A DNA stretch of 64,000 bases from an uncultured Coriobacteriia bacterium (GTDB lineage: Bacteria; Actinomycetota; Coriobacteriia; Anaerosomatales; PALSA-660): positions 199,208-263,207 of the forward strand of contig CAVSCJ010000001.1 of the NCBI GenBank assembly GCA_963726435.1. Reading direction: 5' to 3'. Positions 1-9,545 of this stretch are shown here, in pieces. How positions within the stretch are numbered: the first letter of the stretch is position 1; each line of letters starts with the position of its first letter. Made by a program: the position numbers and the translations under genes. A model generated the notes under the pieces. It saw only the letters and a program-made list of their open reading frames with translations, was not told the origin of the DNA and ran no database searches.

Positions 1-1869
1 CGATCGCCGCTAGCTGGTCGGGCGTTTCGACGTAGGGGAAGCTGGCCTCCATCTCGAGTTGCCACGGAGTGTCGGGACCGAACGCGTACCCGGTCGCTGC
101 GGCGCGGCGCGCGTAGAGGTCGACCAGGTCGAAGGCGAGCTTCTTGGCGGCGGCGCGGGCCTTGCCCGTCGCTCGCGACCAGTCGGCGGTGTTCAGCCGC
201 GTGACGCGAGGAGATGACTGGTCCGGCCCGACGTACTTGGTTACGCGCTCCAGCTGTTCGACGGGCACGAAGAGCTTGTCGCCCTTCGCGTACTCCAGCA
301 GCAAGTAGTCGCGCTCGGCTCCCATCACGTCGCGGCGGGTCATCTCGCGGAACAGCGCGATCCCGTGCACCGAATGCACGACGTAGTCGCCCGCCTTGAA
401 TTCGAACGTGAGAGAGGTCGGGTCGACACTCCCGAGCGAGCGGCGCATCGAGCGCTGGTAGACGTCTTCGACGCTCACTACCGCCAGACCGGCGTCGGGG
501 ATGACGAACCCGGCCGGGATGTCGGCCACGCCCACGTTGACGACCTTCGCCGTCAGTCCGCCGGGCACGTCTCTTTCGCTGCCGGGAAGGACGTGGCTGA
601 CGCCCGTGTAGGTCGAGACTGGCAGACCACCGTTGGCGAGCGACGCCGCGAGCGTCTCGCGCTGACGCCGGTCTCGGGCCACCAGCACGACGGTGTTGCC
701 CGAGTCCACAAGCCCCCTCAGCCCTGCGATCGTCTTCGCCTCACCGCCGGCGACGTCGGGGCGACGGGATGCGAGTTCCGCATCGGCGGACGCGGCGGTC
801 CGAAGTACCGAGAGCATGGTGAGGCGCTGTCGCCCGCCGAGATCCAGCTTCGCGGGCGACACGAAGTGGCGCGAGGCGTCTTGGAACACGGACTCGGCCG
901 CCTCCTCGTACTCGGAATAGGTGCGGAGCGTGTCGTCGAAGAGCGCCCGCGGCTCGGCCACGGCTACTAGCGCGTCCTTCGACAGATAGTCGGCCACCGT
1001 CGCCAACTCCCGGTAGAGGTAGGGCAGGTACGACTCGACGCCGTCGAAGTAGACACCTTGCTCGAGCATCTCGAGCTCGTGTGCGAGTGCGGGCTCCCCG
1101 AGCGCGCGCCGCTGCATGTCCTTGAAGGAGGAGCGGTGCGAGTGCGAGACGTCCTTGGCCGTCCGGTTGGAGAGCCGTATCTCCCGGCATGGGTACGCCT
1201 CGATGCGCTCGACGTCCCCGACGCTCTGACCTGTCGACGGGACGAATCTGCGCAACGACTCGATCTCGTCTCCGCAAAGCTCGGCGCGAACAGGGACGTG
1301 GATGTCCGAGGGGTAGACGTCCAGGGTGCCTCCACGCACCGCGAACTGGCCTGGGTCCTCGGGGATCTCGACGCGCTGATAGCCCATCCTGGCTAGTAGG
1401 TCGACCGTCTCACCGAGATCGATCGATCCCCCGGCTTCGAGCACGAGCGGCTCGAACGCCTCCGCCGCCCCGCGAGGGGGCAGGAGGCGGAGCAGCCCGC
1501 GAGCGGAGGCGACCACGATCGCCGGGCGACCCTCCTCAAGGGCATGGAGAGCGCGTGCTCGACGACCCGTGACCCCGACGTCGCCAGGCTGTCGAGACCA
1601 TGGGAGCGTAGCGGGGGCAGGAAGGGGCAGCACGGACTCGAGAGGCAGGTAGGCGGTCAGCTGGCGCGCGAACCGCTCCGCCGCTTCCTCCCCCGGCACC
1701 GCGACGAGCACCGCTCGCGGCTTCGCGCGGAAGACCGCGGCCACCACGAGCGGCCGTATCGAAGGCGGCAGAGCCAGCGCGAAGTCCTCGCCCGCCTGCA
1801 GCGCGCCGGTCGCCTTCGCGAAACCTGGTGCGCGCTGGAGTAGTACCGACAGATCGGCGAGCAGGGACA
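1..1869 (-). CDS. mfd: Transcription-repair coupling factor Mfd, N-terminal ~620 aa (gene runs off the left edge)
   Basis: Absent from the ORF track because it has no stop in the window. Manual translation from the ATG at complement 1869 gives one uninterrupted frame: MSLLADLSVLLQRAPGF...FKAGDYVVHSVHGIALFREM...YLLLEYAKGDKLFVPVEQLERVTKY...FPYVETPDQLAAI. This covers the TRCF/CarD-like RNAP-interaction domain and the start of the helicase module. Confidence 0.85.
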
Positions 1870-2023
1870 TGCGGCGGATCTCCTTCGAGCATGGGGCACG
1901 GGCGAGCGAACGGGTGCGAACAGCACGACGGCCCCGCGCCGGAGACCGGGGCGGGGTGCGTTGCGTGCTGTGCGAGGGTATTCCCGCGCCCTGGCGGGGT
2001 CAAGCGGAGGAGAGAGCCGCAGA

Positions 2024-2704
2024 CTACCCGTCCCGGCGCGAGAGAAGGCCTTCGACGATAGCCCAGTCGGCGAGCTCGTCGATCTCGTAGTAGGTCGCCT
2101 CGTCCATCTCGACCAGGCCGATCCGGCCGCACAGCCGGCACCCCGACTGGAGAAGCGCCGCACGCGAGACGACGTAGAACGCACCGTTCTCGACGAAGAA
2201 TCCCTCGAACTCCTGGCGACGGGGCCGCCCTTTGAAGTCGTAGTTGACTGGAAGGGCGACCTCGCCCTCCTGCGTCCAGATGAAGCGCTTCTGGCGCACC
2301 ACCGAGAGCACCGAATCGTATCGTCCGCTCTCGAACAGGTCGATGCCCCGCTCGAGGTCATCGGCGGTCAGCAGGGGGGAAGTCGCCTGGATCAGCACCA
2401 TCGCGTCGAAATCATCGCGTTGGCGCGCGTACTCGAGCATGACCTGCTCCGTGCTCGCGGTATCGGAAGCGCTCTGCGCGGAGCGGTGGTGGATCTCGAC
2501 CTTGGGGGAGCCGTACTCGCCGGCCACGCTCGCGATATCCGGCGAATCCGTCGAGACGGCTATCCTGCCGATACGGGAGCACTCGTCGGCGGCCCTGATG
2601 GCCCAGTGCACGAGCGGCCGCCCCGCCATCTCCTTGATGTTCTTCAGGGGGATGGACTTGCTGCCCCCGCGCACGGGGATGAAGGCGGTGTAGCGGACGT
2701 CCAT
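2024..2704 (-). CDS. neuA: Acylneuraminate (nonulosonate) cytidylyltransferase, CMP-sugar synthetase
   Basis: 226-aa ORF with the N-terminal motif AFIPVRGGSKSIPLKNI typical of CMP-NeuAc synthetase-family enzymes. RBS GGAGGAG lies just upstream of the ATG at 2704. It is divergent from the neuB-like gene. Confidence 0.85.
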   Translation of the reverse strand: MDVRYTAFIPVRGGSKSIPLKNIKEMAGRPLVHWAIRAADECSRIGRIAVSTDSPDIASVAGEYGSPKVEIHHRSAQSASDTASTEQVMLEYARQRDDFDAMVLIQATSPLLTADDLERGIDLFESGRYDSVLSVVRQKRFIWTQEGEVALPVNYDFKGRPRRQEFEGFFVENGAFYVVSRAALLQSGCRLCGRIGLVEMDEATYYEIDELADWAIVEGLLSRRDG

Positions 2705-2839
2705 GGCTCCTCCGCCGGCATGAGGGGTCCTCGAGCGCGAACGATGATAGCACGAGGCCCGCGACGCTCCGTGCGGCGCTCGGCTACACTATCGAGACGT
2801 ATCCCACCGCAAACCGCGACCTGAACCCAAGGTGAGAAT

Positions 2840-4732
2840 GTGACCGGATCGAAGGATTTCGCCCTCGGCGGCCGTCCTGTGGGCCCCGGCCACCCTGTAT
2901 ACGTCATCGCCGAGATCGGCGTGAACCACAACGGAAACCCCGCTCTAGCCCACAGGCTGGTGGACGTGGCGGCCGCAGCGAAATGCGACGCAGTGAAGCT
3001 CCAGCGGCGCTCCATGGCCGACCTCTACGTCGCGCCCCTCTTGAACGACCCCGCAGCCGCCGAACAGTCGCTTCAGTACATGCTCCCCGTGCTCAGAGAC
3101 ACCGAGCTCGCCGACGAGGACTTCGTGGCGGTCAAGGAACACGCCGAGTCGCTGGGCCTGACCTTCCTCTGCACGCCATTCGACATCCCGAGCCTCCGGT
3201 ACCTCGAGAGCCTGGGCCTCAGCGCCTACAAGATCGGCTCGCCCGACCTCACGAACCTGCCGCTCATCGAGGCAGTCGCCCGCGCCGGCAAACCGATGCT
3301 GCTCTCGACCGGCATGTCCACTCACGACGAGGTCCTCACGACCGTGGCCCTCCTGGAGGAACTCGGCGCCGTCTACGCGCTGCTGCACTGCAGCTCCACC
3401 TACCCGACGCCGTTCGAGGAGGTCAACCTGCGCTACATGGTGGGCCTTATGGATCTGGGAGTGCCAGTCGGATACTCGGGCCACGAGCGTGGGATCGCGA
3501 TCTCGACCGCGGCGGTCGCCATGGGCGCGTGCATCATCGAGCGCCACGTGACCCTTGACCGCATGATGGTCGGGCCGGACCACGCCGCCAGTCTGGAACC
3601 GGTCGGGCTGGAGAAGCTCGTGCGCGACATCCGGAATCTAGAGTCGGCCATGGGATCGGGGCGGAAGCACACCAGCCGCATGGAGGTGCTGAACCGTGAG
3701 GTGCTCGGCAAGAGCCTCTACGCATCGAGAGACATCGCCGCAGGCGAGACGATCACACGCGAGGCGATAGCCATCAAGGGCCCGGCCAAGGGGCTCTCGC
3801 CGCAGATGATCGACCAGCTGGTCGGACGCCCCGCCCCCCGTGACATCCCGGACGACGGTCTGTTCCTCGCGAGCGACCTCGGCATCGTGCCGGCTACGCG
3901 CACCACGCCGGCGCACCTGGGAATGTGGGGCTTCGTGCTCAGGACTCCGGAGACCTCGCGCATCGAGGAACTGCACCCGCGGATGGTGGAGGTGCGTCTG
4001 ACCGATCGCGACGTGCTCACGCCCCTGCCCCCTATCACCGACCACGACATCCCTCTGGTGGTCCATCTCCCGGAGTACGACGGCCGCCATCTCGTGGACA
4101 TCGCGAGTCCCACGGAGTCCGTCAGGCGCCGGTCGATAGAGTCGGTGAAGCGGGCGATCGAGCGTGCGTTGGAGATCGCGCAGCACTTCCGTCCCGGCGT
4201 GCGAGCCGTCATCCATCCCACCGCAGCGTCGATGGAGCCCGCGACCGGGTCGGCTCCCTACATGGAAGCCCTCGCACTGAGTCTGGACGAACTGGACGGA
4301 ATGGGGCTCGAGTTGCTGCCCGAGAACCTGCCGCCACGCCCATGGTACTTCGGCGGTGAATACTTCACGTGCGCCTTCATGGACCCCGAGGACATCGCCG
4401 GGTTCTGCAAGGGCACCGGCCGCTCCATCTGCCTAGACATCTCCCACATGGCGCTCTACTGCAACTCGGTCGATAGCGATCTCGTCGCCTCATGCGCCGC
4501 GCTCATGCCGTACGCGACGCATCTGCACGTCGCCGACGCGTACGGCATCCACGGTGAGGGCGCGGGCATCGGCAACGGCGACATCGACTTCGCTTCCCTC
4601 GCCCCGCTCGTGGCGTCCTACAAGGGCACCTGGATCCCCGAGATCTGGCAGGGCCACCAGAACGACTTCGCCGGCTACTACGACGCGCTCGAGAGGCTCG
4701 CTCGCGTGTGGGTGCTGCCCGACCCTTCCTGA
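2840..4732 (+). CDS. neuB: N-acetylneuraminate/nonulosonate synthase (NeuB + SAF domain) fused to a C-terminal xylose-isomerase-like (AP endonuclease 2) TIM-barrel domain
   Basis: 630-aa ORF starting at a GTG. The N-terminus VYVIAEIGVNHNGN...STYPTPFEEVNL...ERHVTLD is NeuB-like, followed by a SAF-like segment (SLYASRDIAAGETITREAIAIKGP). Residues ~345-630 (VVHLPEY...LLPENLP...CLDISHM...THLHVADAYG...GDIDF) look like a sugar-phosphate isomerase/epimerase TIM barrel. Confidence 0.85.
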   Translation: MTGSKDFALGGRPVGPGHPVYVIAEIGVNHNGNPALAHRLVDVAAAAKCDAVKLQRRSMADLYVAPLLNDPAAAEQSLQYMLPVLRDTELADEDFVAVKEHAESLGLTFLCTPFDIPSLRYLESLGLSAYKIGSPDLTNLPLIEAVARAGKPMLLSTGMSTHDEVLTTVALLEELGAVYALLHCSSTYPTPFEEVNLRYMVGLMDLGVPVGYSGHERGIAISTAAVAMGACIIERHVTLDRMMVGPDHAASLEPVGLEKLVRDIRNLESAMGSGRKHTSRMEVLNREVLGKSLYASRDIAAGETITREAIAIKGPAKGLSPQMIDQLVGRPAPRDIPDDGLFLASDLGIVPATRTTPAHLGMWGFVLRTPETSRIEELHPRMVEVRLTDRDVLTPLPPITDHDIPLVVHLPEYDGRHLVDIASPTESVRRRSIESVKRAIERALEIAQHFRPGVRAVIHPTAASMEPATGSAPYMEALALSLDELDGMGLELLPENLPPRPWYFGGEYFTCAFMDPEDIAGFCKGTGRSICLDISHMALYCNSVDSDLVASCAALMPYATHLHVADAYGIHGEGAGIGNGDIDFASLAPLVASYKGTWIPEIWQGHQNDFAGYYDALERLARVWVLPDPS

Positions 4733-4756
4733 CATCGACGACGGAAGGACCGCACT

Positions 4757-6718
4757 GTGATGCATGACGTCGCCGGGCCGCAACGTGGCGATGCGCGCCG
4801 GCTGAACGTCCTGTTCGTCAGCGGCTTCGATTCGGCCAACTACGCCACGGTGGAGATCGTTCGCGAGCTCGAGGCACGCGGGCACCGGTACACCGTGCTC
4901 GTCGAGTACGAGCAGGACTTGGTGAACAATGCGATGTTCAATGCTGCGGGCATCCCTACCACGGCGATCGCCGACTATCCGCACAGTGAGCTCGATTCGG
5001 TCGACTTCGTGTTCGCCGGGCCGCACTTGAGACCGCGGACCCGGCCTCTGGTAGCGGAGATACAGCGCCGCGGCATGTTCGTCGTCTCGCTAGCGAACCT
5101 GTTCTCGGCCGTGACTATGAACGTCGCCCCCGACCTCGCGATGACCGGCGGCACGCGCAAGTTCGCCGAGTTCGAGGCGAACGGACTTCGCTACCGGGCG
5201 GTGGCCGTCGGGAACCCGCAGTACGACCCCCTCGTGCGCGCGCGCTTGGCGCGGCGCGACGAGCCGGAGCGTCCGGTGCGTCGCGTGCTGGTGGTCGACC
5301 AGGGCGCCTACCCGCTGGGCCAGACCGGCAAGCGGCAGCTCGCGGAGACGCTCATCGCGATCGCCCGCAACAACCCCGAGCTGGACTTCCACATCAAGCC
5401 GAGGCACCTGCCTCACGAGCCCGGCGACCAGGTGCACACCATCTCGGAGCACCTCTACTCGTACCTCACTCAGACTCCCGACAACCTCACGCTGATCCAG
5501 ACGCGTGCCGTCATCGAGGAGATCCTCCCGGACTTCGACGCGATGGTCACGACGTGGAGCACCTCGCACCTCGCCGCGGTGGCGCTGGGGATCCCGCTCC
5601 TGCTTGTAGGCGGTCTCGACTCGGACGACGTCTACGACGTCCGCTGTCGCAGGGTGGCCGAGGCCTACGAGCACTTGCGAACCAGCGGCTGCGTCGTCGA
5701 CTGGCGGGAGCTGCGATCCGGCCCCGTCCCATTCGCGCGAGTCTCACCGGAGTACGAGGCGCAAGAATTCGACCCGCCCATGGCACCGGCTGCGCCCCGG
5801 GTCGCAGATATCATCGAGGCCATAGACCGCCTCCTTCTGTCGCGCGGTGCGCGGTTCGCCACCGACTTCCAACTCGACTACGCCACCTTCATGCGCGAGG
5901 TGGCGAACATGGAGACGGTCGCGGACGGCCCAGGCCCGCGCCTGGAGCGAGCGGTGCGGGTGCAGCTCAATTCGCTCCTGCAACCTCTCGTCTTCGAGAA
6001 CCGCATCATGGGCTTCGCTCTGGACATGCGGCGCATGCTCCCGGTCTGGGACCGCCGGCTCGAGCCCGGCTCAGGCGAGGACGGCGTCCGCGTGATCGTC
6101 CGAGAAGCCCGGGAGCTCGCTATGGCACTCAAGGAGGAGTACTTCGCCGCGCACCCGGACGAGGTGGCGAACGACGTGTTCTTGCAGGACGCCTACTTCG
6201 ACTGGCTGCTGGCCGCTCGGCGGTACCAGATGCTGCTGGCGTACGACGGAAGGCTCGCGGCGCCCCAAAGCCTCGAGTTCGACCGTGGTATGGCGTATCT
6301 GCGGAGGTGGCGGCCGTTCCGCGCATTGCGGCACTTCGTCGAATCCTTCAGCATCTCGTTGCAGCGGCCGGGCCGGGTGCTCAGGAAGGACAGGAACGTC
6401 AGGATCATAGTGTCCCGGGCAGACGCGAGGCTTCTGTCGCACGCGATCCTGTTCTTCCTGAACCACTACAGGAAGTACGAGGCGCTTAGCGTCATCGAGG
6501 TCCCCGCCTCGGAGAACGCGGCGGCGGCCGTCTACTACAAGATGAGGGCGCTCGTCGCACTGGGGCGGGCCGAGGAGGCCCGAGCTCTCTACGACGAGCA
6601 CAACGCGACAGTGGCCCGGACACCCGCGCCGGTGAGAAGCCGGCGCAGGAGCGGTCAGGCGGCGGTGCTGATCGCCTGGTACAAGATGCTGTTGCGCCGC
6701 TACGCCGCGCGCCTCTGA
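4757..6718 (+). CDS. Hypothetical protein: GT-B/TagF- or capsule-synthesis-like N-terminal half plus helical TPR-like C-terminal half; candidate nonulosonate transferase
   Basis: 653-aa ORF (GTG 4757 or ATG 4760, RBS GGAAGGA) 25 nt after neuB. Motifs DFHIKPRHLPHEP and DFDAMVTTWSTSHLAAVALGIPLLLVG resemble the C-terminal half of TagF/KpsS-type transferases. The tail (AAAVYYKMRALVALGRAEEARALYDEH) is TPR-like. The coding call is solid. The function is inferred from context only. Confidence 0.6.
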   Translation: MMHDVAGPQRGDARRLNVLFVSGFDSANYATVEIVRELEARGHRYTVLVEYEQDLVNNAMFNAAGIPTTAIADYPHSELDSVDFVFAGPHLRPRTRPLVAEIQRRGMFVVSLANLFSAVTMNVAPDLAMTGGTRKFAEFEANGLRYRAVAVGNPQYDPLVRARLARRDEPERPVRRVLVVDQGAYPLGQTGKRQLAETLIAIARNNPELDFHIKPRHLPHEPGDQVHTISEHLYSYLTQTPDNLTLIQTRAVIEEILPDFDAMVTTWSTSHLAAVALGIPLLLVGGLDSDDVYDVRCRRVAEAYEHLRTSGCVVDWRELRSGPVPFARVSPEYEAQEFDPPMAPAAPRVADIIEAIDRLLLSRGARFATDFQLDYATFMREVANMETVADGPGPRLERAVRVQLNSLLQPLVFENRIMGFALDMRRMLPVWDRRLEPGSGEDGVRVIVREARELAMALKEEYFAAHPDEVANDVFLQDAYFDWLLAARRYQMLLAYDGRLAAPQSLEFDRGMAYLRRWRPFRALRHFVESFSISLQRPGRVLRKDRNVRIIVSRADARLLSHAILFFLNHYRKYEALSVIEVPASENAAAAVYYKMRALVALGRAEEARALYDEHNATVARTPAPVRSRRRSGQAAVLIAWYKMLLRRYAARL

Positions 6719-6723
6719 TCGGC

Positions 6724-7443
6724 CTAGGCGCCGGCTTCGACCTTTCGCGACGCGACCACGCCCGCGCTGCCCGTCAGCGTCCCGGTGTACTCGACCAAGT
6801 CGATCGCGCAATCCGGACCGATAGTGATGTTCGCGCCCCGGACGACCTTCGCCCGTGTGCTCTCGAGATAGACCGTGTCGCCCTCGATCGAGTCGGCCGT
6901 CAGGTTGCGCTCGCCCAGGAACGGCAGGAACACCCACGGCTGCGCGAGCCGGACGTCGATCGTCCCGCCGCCGATGTCGTGCGCGTCGCACCCGCCATAC
7001 AGTCGGACGGATACTGTGCCGGCGTTGAGCAGCCCGCCGACCGAGAAGACGCCCTGGGCGTCGAAGACCTCCGCCTGGCAGTCCCCGCCGATCTTGGTGG
7101 TCCCGCGGATGTCGATCCTCTGGGCTTTGACCGCGCCGTCTATGTGCGCGGCGCCGGTGACCTTGAGCGTGTCCGCACTCAGCGAACCGTGGACGTCGGC
7201 GTTGCCGCCCAGGAGCACGTCGCTTCCCTTGACGTCTCCCGTGAAGGTCGCTGTCCCGCCGACGGTTATCCTCTCGCAGGTCAGGTTGCCCTGCACGTCC
7301 GCGACGCCACCGGCCTTGAACGCAGTGCAGTCGACGTCACCGCGGACCGTTCCCGCGCCCGCTATCGTGACCTCGCCGTACACTCCCCCCGTCATGGTCC
7401 CCGCGCCCGCGATCTTGCTGTCGGGCCTGTTCGTGTCGCTCAT
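6724..7443 (-). CDS. Bactofilin-family polymer-forming cytoskeletal protein (YhbE/YhbF-like)
   Basis: 239-aa ORF with a Gly/Val/Thr/Asp-rich beta-helical repeat pattern (GGVYGEVTIAGAGTVRGDVDC...GTATFTGDVKGSDVLLGGNADVHGSL...). Its size matches the B. subtilis YhbE/YhbF class. It starts 18 nt after the yhbD-like stop. Confidence 0.8.
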   Translation of the reverse strand: MSDTNRPDSKIAGAGTMTGGVYGEVTIAGAGTVRGDVDCTAFKAGGVADVQGNLTCERITVGGTATFTGDVKGSDVLLGGNADVHGSLSADTLKVTGAAHIDGAVKAQRIDIRGTTKIGGDCQAEVFDAQGVFSVGGLLNAGTVSVRLYGGCDAHDIGGGTIDVRLAQPWVFLPFLGERNLTADSIEGDTVYLESTRAKVVRGANITIGPDCAIDLVEYTGTLTGSAGVVASRKVEAGA

Positions 7444-7461
7444 CTTCTTCTCTTCCTCTCC

Positions 7462-8091
7462 CTAGGACTTCAGTCGTGCTTTGAGTTGTTCGATGCGCTC
7501 GGGGAGACTGACGCGCGCGACCACGCGCGCGCCTGACTCCGCGAGCAGTTCGGACGCGCTCGACACGATAACCACAGCCGAGACGCCCATCTTGCGTATC
7601 AGAACGAGGTCGCAGCTCGCGGCCTCGCAAGTGGTCCAGCCTTCCTCGAGAGTCGCTATCGCCGCCAGAGCTTCATCGCGCCCCGCGTCGCCGCTCTTCA
7701 GGAGGGTGTCGGCCACAGCCACGGCCAGCAGCTCCGCGAAGCGCAGTTGGCTCGTGCCCGGATGACCCTCCGCGAACAGGTCGAGGGCGCTCGCAGAAAC
7801 GATCTCGCGTGCGAGCAGGTCCTCGCGCGCGAAGGTGTCGGGTAGAGGAGCCGTCGACACTGCCTCGGCGATCTCGTCGAGCGAGGCGTCCTCGTCCTTC
7901 ATGGCCAGGATGCGCTCGACTCTCGCGAGCATCTTCTCGCGCGGGAAGAAAGTCTCCTGCCCCGTGAATGAGGACTTCCGCACGAACCAGTCCTCGGGGA
8001 TGAGGCCCTTTCGCTTCCACCTGTAGAGCTGGCCGTAGCTGATGCCGGCAGCCAGCAGAAGGTCCTTCTTCGAGATCAGATCGGGTTCCAT
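7462..8091 (-). CDS. YhbD-like (DUF4004) MerR-type HTH protein
   Basis: MEPDLISKKDLLLAAGISYGQLYRWKRKGLIPEDWFVRKSSFTGQETFFPREKMLARVERI matches the YhbD/DUF4004 N-terminal HTH. I prefer the ATG at 8091 (RBS GAGGAGGTG 6 nt upstream, promoter at 8121-8149) over the track start at 8130. Confidence 0.7.
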   Translation of the reverse strand: MEPDLISKKDLLLAAGISYGQLYRWKRKGLIPEDWFVRKSSFTGQETFFPREKMLARVERILAMKDEDASLDEIAEAVSTAPLPDTFAREDLLAREIVSASALDLFAEGHPGTSQLRFAELLAVAVADTLLKSGDAGRDEALAAIATLEEGWTTCEAASCDLVLIRKMGVSAVVIVSSASELLAESGARVVARVSLPERIEQLKARLKS

Positions 8092-8114
8092 CCGGAGCAC
8101 CTCCTCGTGTGTCT

Positions 8115-8149
8115 GGACGTAGCGTAACAATGTGTTGTTACGCTGTCAA
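8115..8149 (-). promoter_or_regulatory. Sigma-70-like promoter with an embedded perfect 10-bp inverted repeat (candidate operator) for the yhbD-like/bactofilin operon
   Basis: Read on the minus strand: TTGACA (8149-8144), a 17-nt spacer, then TACGCT (8126-8121). The palindrome AGCGTAACAA-TGTG-TTGTTACGCT spans 8121-8144 and covers the spacer and the -10 element. Confidence 0.45.
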
Positions 8150-8202
8150 GAGGCGTCCTGCGTGGAGGGCGGGCAGGGACGTCAAGAGGGCGGCCCGGCT
8201 CC

Positions 8203-8685
8203 CTAGGCGCTATGCGCCCACTTCCCCGCGTTCGTTCCGGGATGGTCGGCCACCCACTGCTCCCAGCCCGGCACGGGCTCCCCCACCGAGTACAGGAAGT
8301 GGTAGGCGCCCATGTCGCCCAGGAAGCGGAAGCGCGACTTCAAGTCGGTGGCGAGCTCCTCGTAGGACCCCTTCGACCGGAGGTAGGTGCGGAAGCCGCC
8401 GCCCGCGCCGTCGAGGGCCAGCATCTCCGCGGCGTTGCCGATCACCGCCTCGATCTTCCGGTGGTTGCGGATCACTCGCGTGTCGGCCATCAGCCGCCCG
8501 ATGTCAGCCGGCGAATACGCCGCGACCTTCTTCGGGTCGAAGCCATCGAACGCCTCGACTATGCCCGGCCACTTCGACTCGACGACCTGCCAGCTCAGCC
8601 CCGGTTCGAACACGGCGCGTGACATCACGGACAGGTAGTCGGACAGGTGGGCCGGATCGACCTTCTCCGGTGCGTGCATATGCAT
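8203..8685 (-). CDS. tag: DNA-3-methyladenine glycosylase I family protein
   Basis: YLSVMSRAVFEPGLSWQVVESKWPGIVEAFDGFDPKKVAAYSPADIGRLMADTRVIRNHRKIEAVIGNA aligns with the Tag core. Start chosen at the ATG at 8685, preceded by AGGAGAGGA. The Zn-binding Cys motif of E. coli Tag is absent. Confidence 0.75.
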   Translation of the reverse strand: MHMHAPEKVDPAHLSDYLSVMSRAVFEPGLSWQVVESKWPGIVEAFDGFDPKKVAAYSPADIGRLMADTRVIRNHRKIEAVIGNAAEMLALDGAGGGFRTYLRSKGSYEELATDLKSRFRFLGDMGAYHFLYSVGEPVPGWEQWVADHPGTNAGKWAHSA

Positions 8686-8787
8686 GTCGGGTCCTCTCCT
8701 TCGCCCTCGCACGGCCGGTCACGGCCGCACGGGTATCCTTCTATTCGACGAGACGAGATGTACCCGCGCGGCGGTCAGGAGCAGCCG

Positions 8788-9458
8788 ATGGCGAGGAAGA
8801 TGACCGACTCCGACCGCGCGTGCGAGACGATGCGGCGGCTCGGCGAGCTGTACCCGAACGCCCACATCGCGCTCGACTACGACGACCCGTGGCACCTGCT
8901 GGTGGCCGTCATCCTCTCGGCGCAGACGACCGATGTGGGCGTGAACCGAGTCACGCCGAAGCTGTTCGCGCGTTTCCCGCGGCCGGAGGATCTGGCAGGC
9001 GCCGATCGTGCTCGAGGTCGAAGCGATCGTGCGGCCGACCGGCTTCTATCACCAGAAGACGAAGATCGATCATGGCCGCGGCCCGAATGGTCGTCGCGGA
9101 CTTCGGCGGCAAGGTGCCCGACACGATGGACGAGCTGATGCGCATCCCCGGGGTGGCGCGCAAGACGGCGAACATCGTGATCGCCAACGCCTACGGCAAG
9201 GTCGAGGGCATCGCTGTCGACACGCACGTGTTCCGCCTCGCGCACCGGCTCGGCCTCACCGGCGAGAAGGACCCCGACAAGGTGGAGCGCGACCTGTGCG
9301 CGCTGCTGCCGCGCGAGGACTGGTTCGCGGTGAACTACCGATTCATCGACCACGGGCGCGCTGTGTGCACGGCCAAGCGTCCCGCGTGCGGCGCGTGCGT
9401 GCTCTCCGACATCTGCCCGAGCGCGTTCACCATCCCGGGCTGGCGAGCCGAGATCTAG
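8788..9458 (+). pseudogene. nth: Endonuclease III (Nth), reading frame broken twice as sequenced
   Basis: The Nth sequence is spread over three frames. Frame of 8647 ORF: ...YDDPWHLLVAVILSAQTTDVGVNRVTPKLFARFPRPEDLAGADR. Frame of 9008 ORF: LEVEAIVRPTGFYHQKTKI. Frame of 8109 ORF: IMAAARMVVADFGGKVPDTMDELMRIPGVARKTANIV...CTAKRPACGACVLSDIC. The shifts are near 9010 and near 9068. Confidence 0.7.
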
Positions 9459-9545
9459 GGGCGACTACTTCACCTTCGTCGCGATCCAGGCGGCCTTGTG
9501 CGGCCTAGGCGGTTGCGCCGGCGATCGCGATCCCGCCAGTGAACG

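Noticed and set aside
1932-1956. GC-rich hairpin (CCCCGCGCCGG-AGA-CCGGGGCGGGG) between neuA and mfd as a terminator
   Set aside because: There is no U-tract on the relevant (minus) strand and there is a G-G mismatch in the stem. It may still form, but I could not support calling it an intrinsic terminator.
8109-9458. 449-aa plus-strand ORF spanning the tag gene region and nth
   Set aside because: The first ~330 residues are Arg/Pro/Ser-rich and antisense to the well-conserved tag gene. Only the last ~130 residues (IMAAARMVV...WRAEI) are real, as the C-terminal part of the frame-broken nth.
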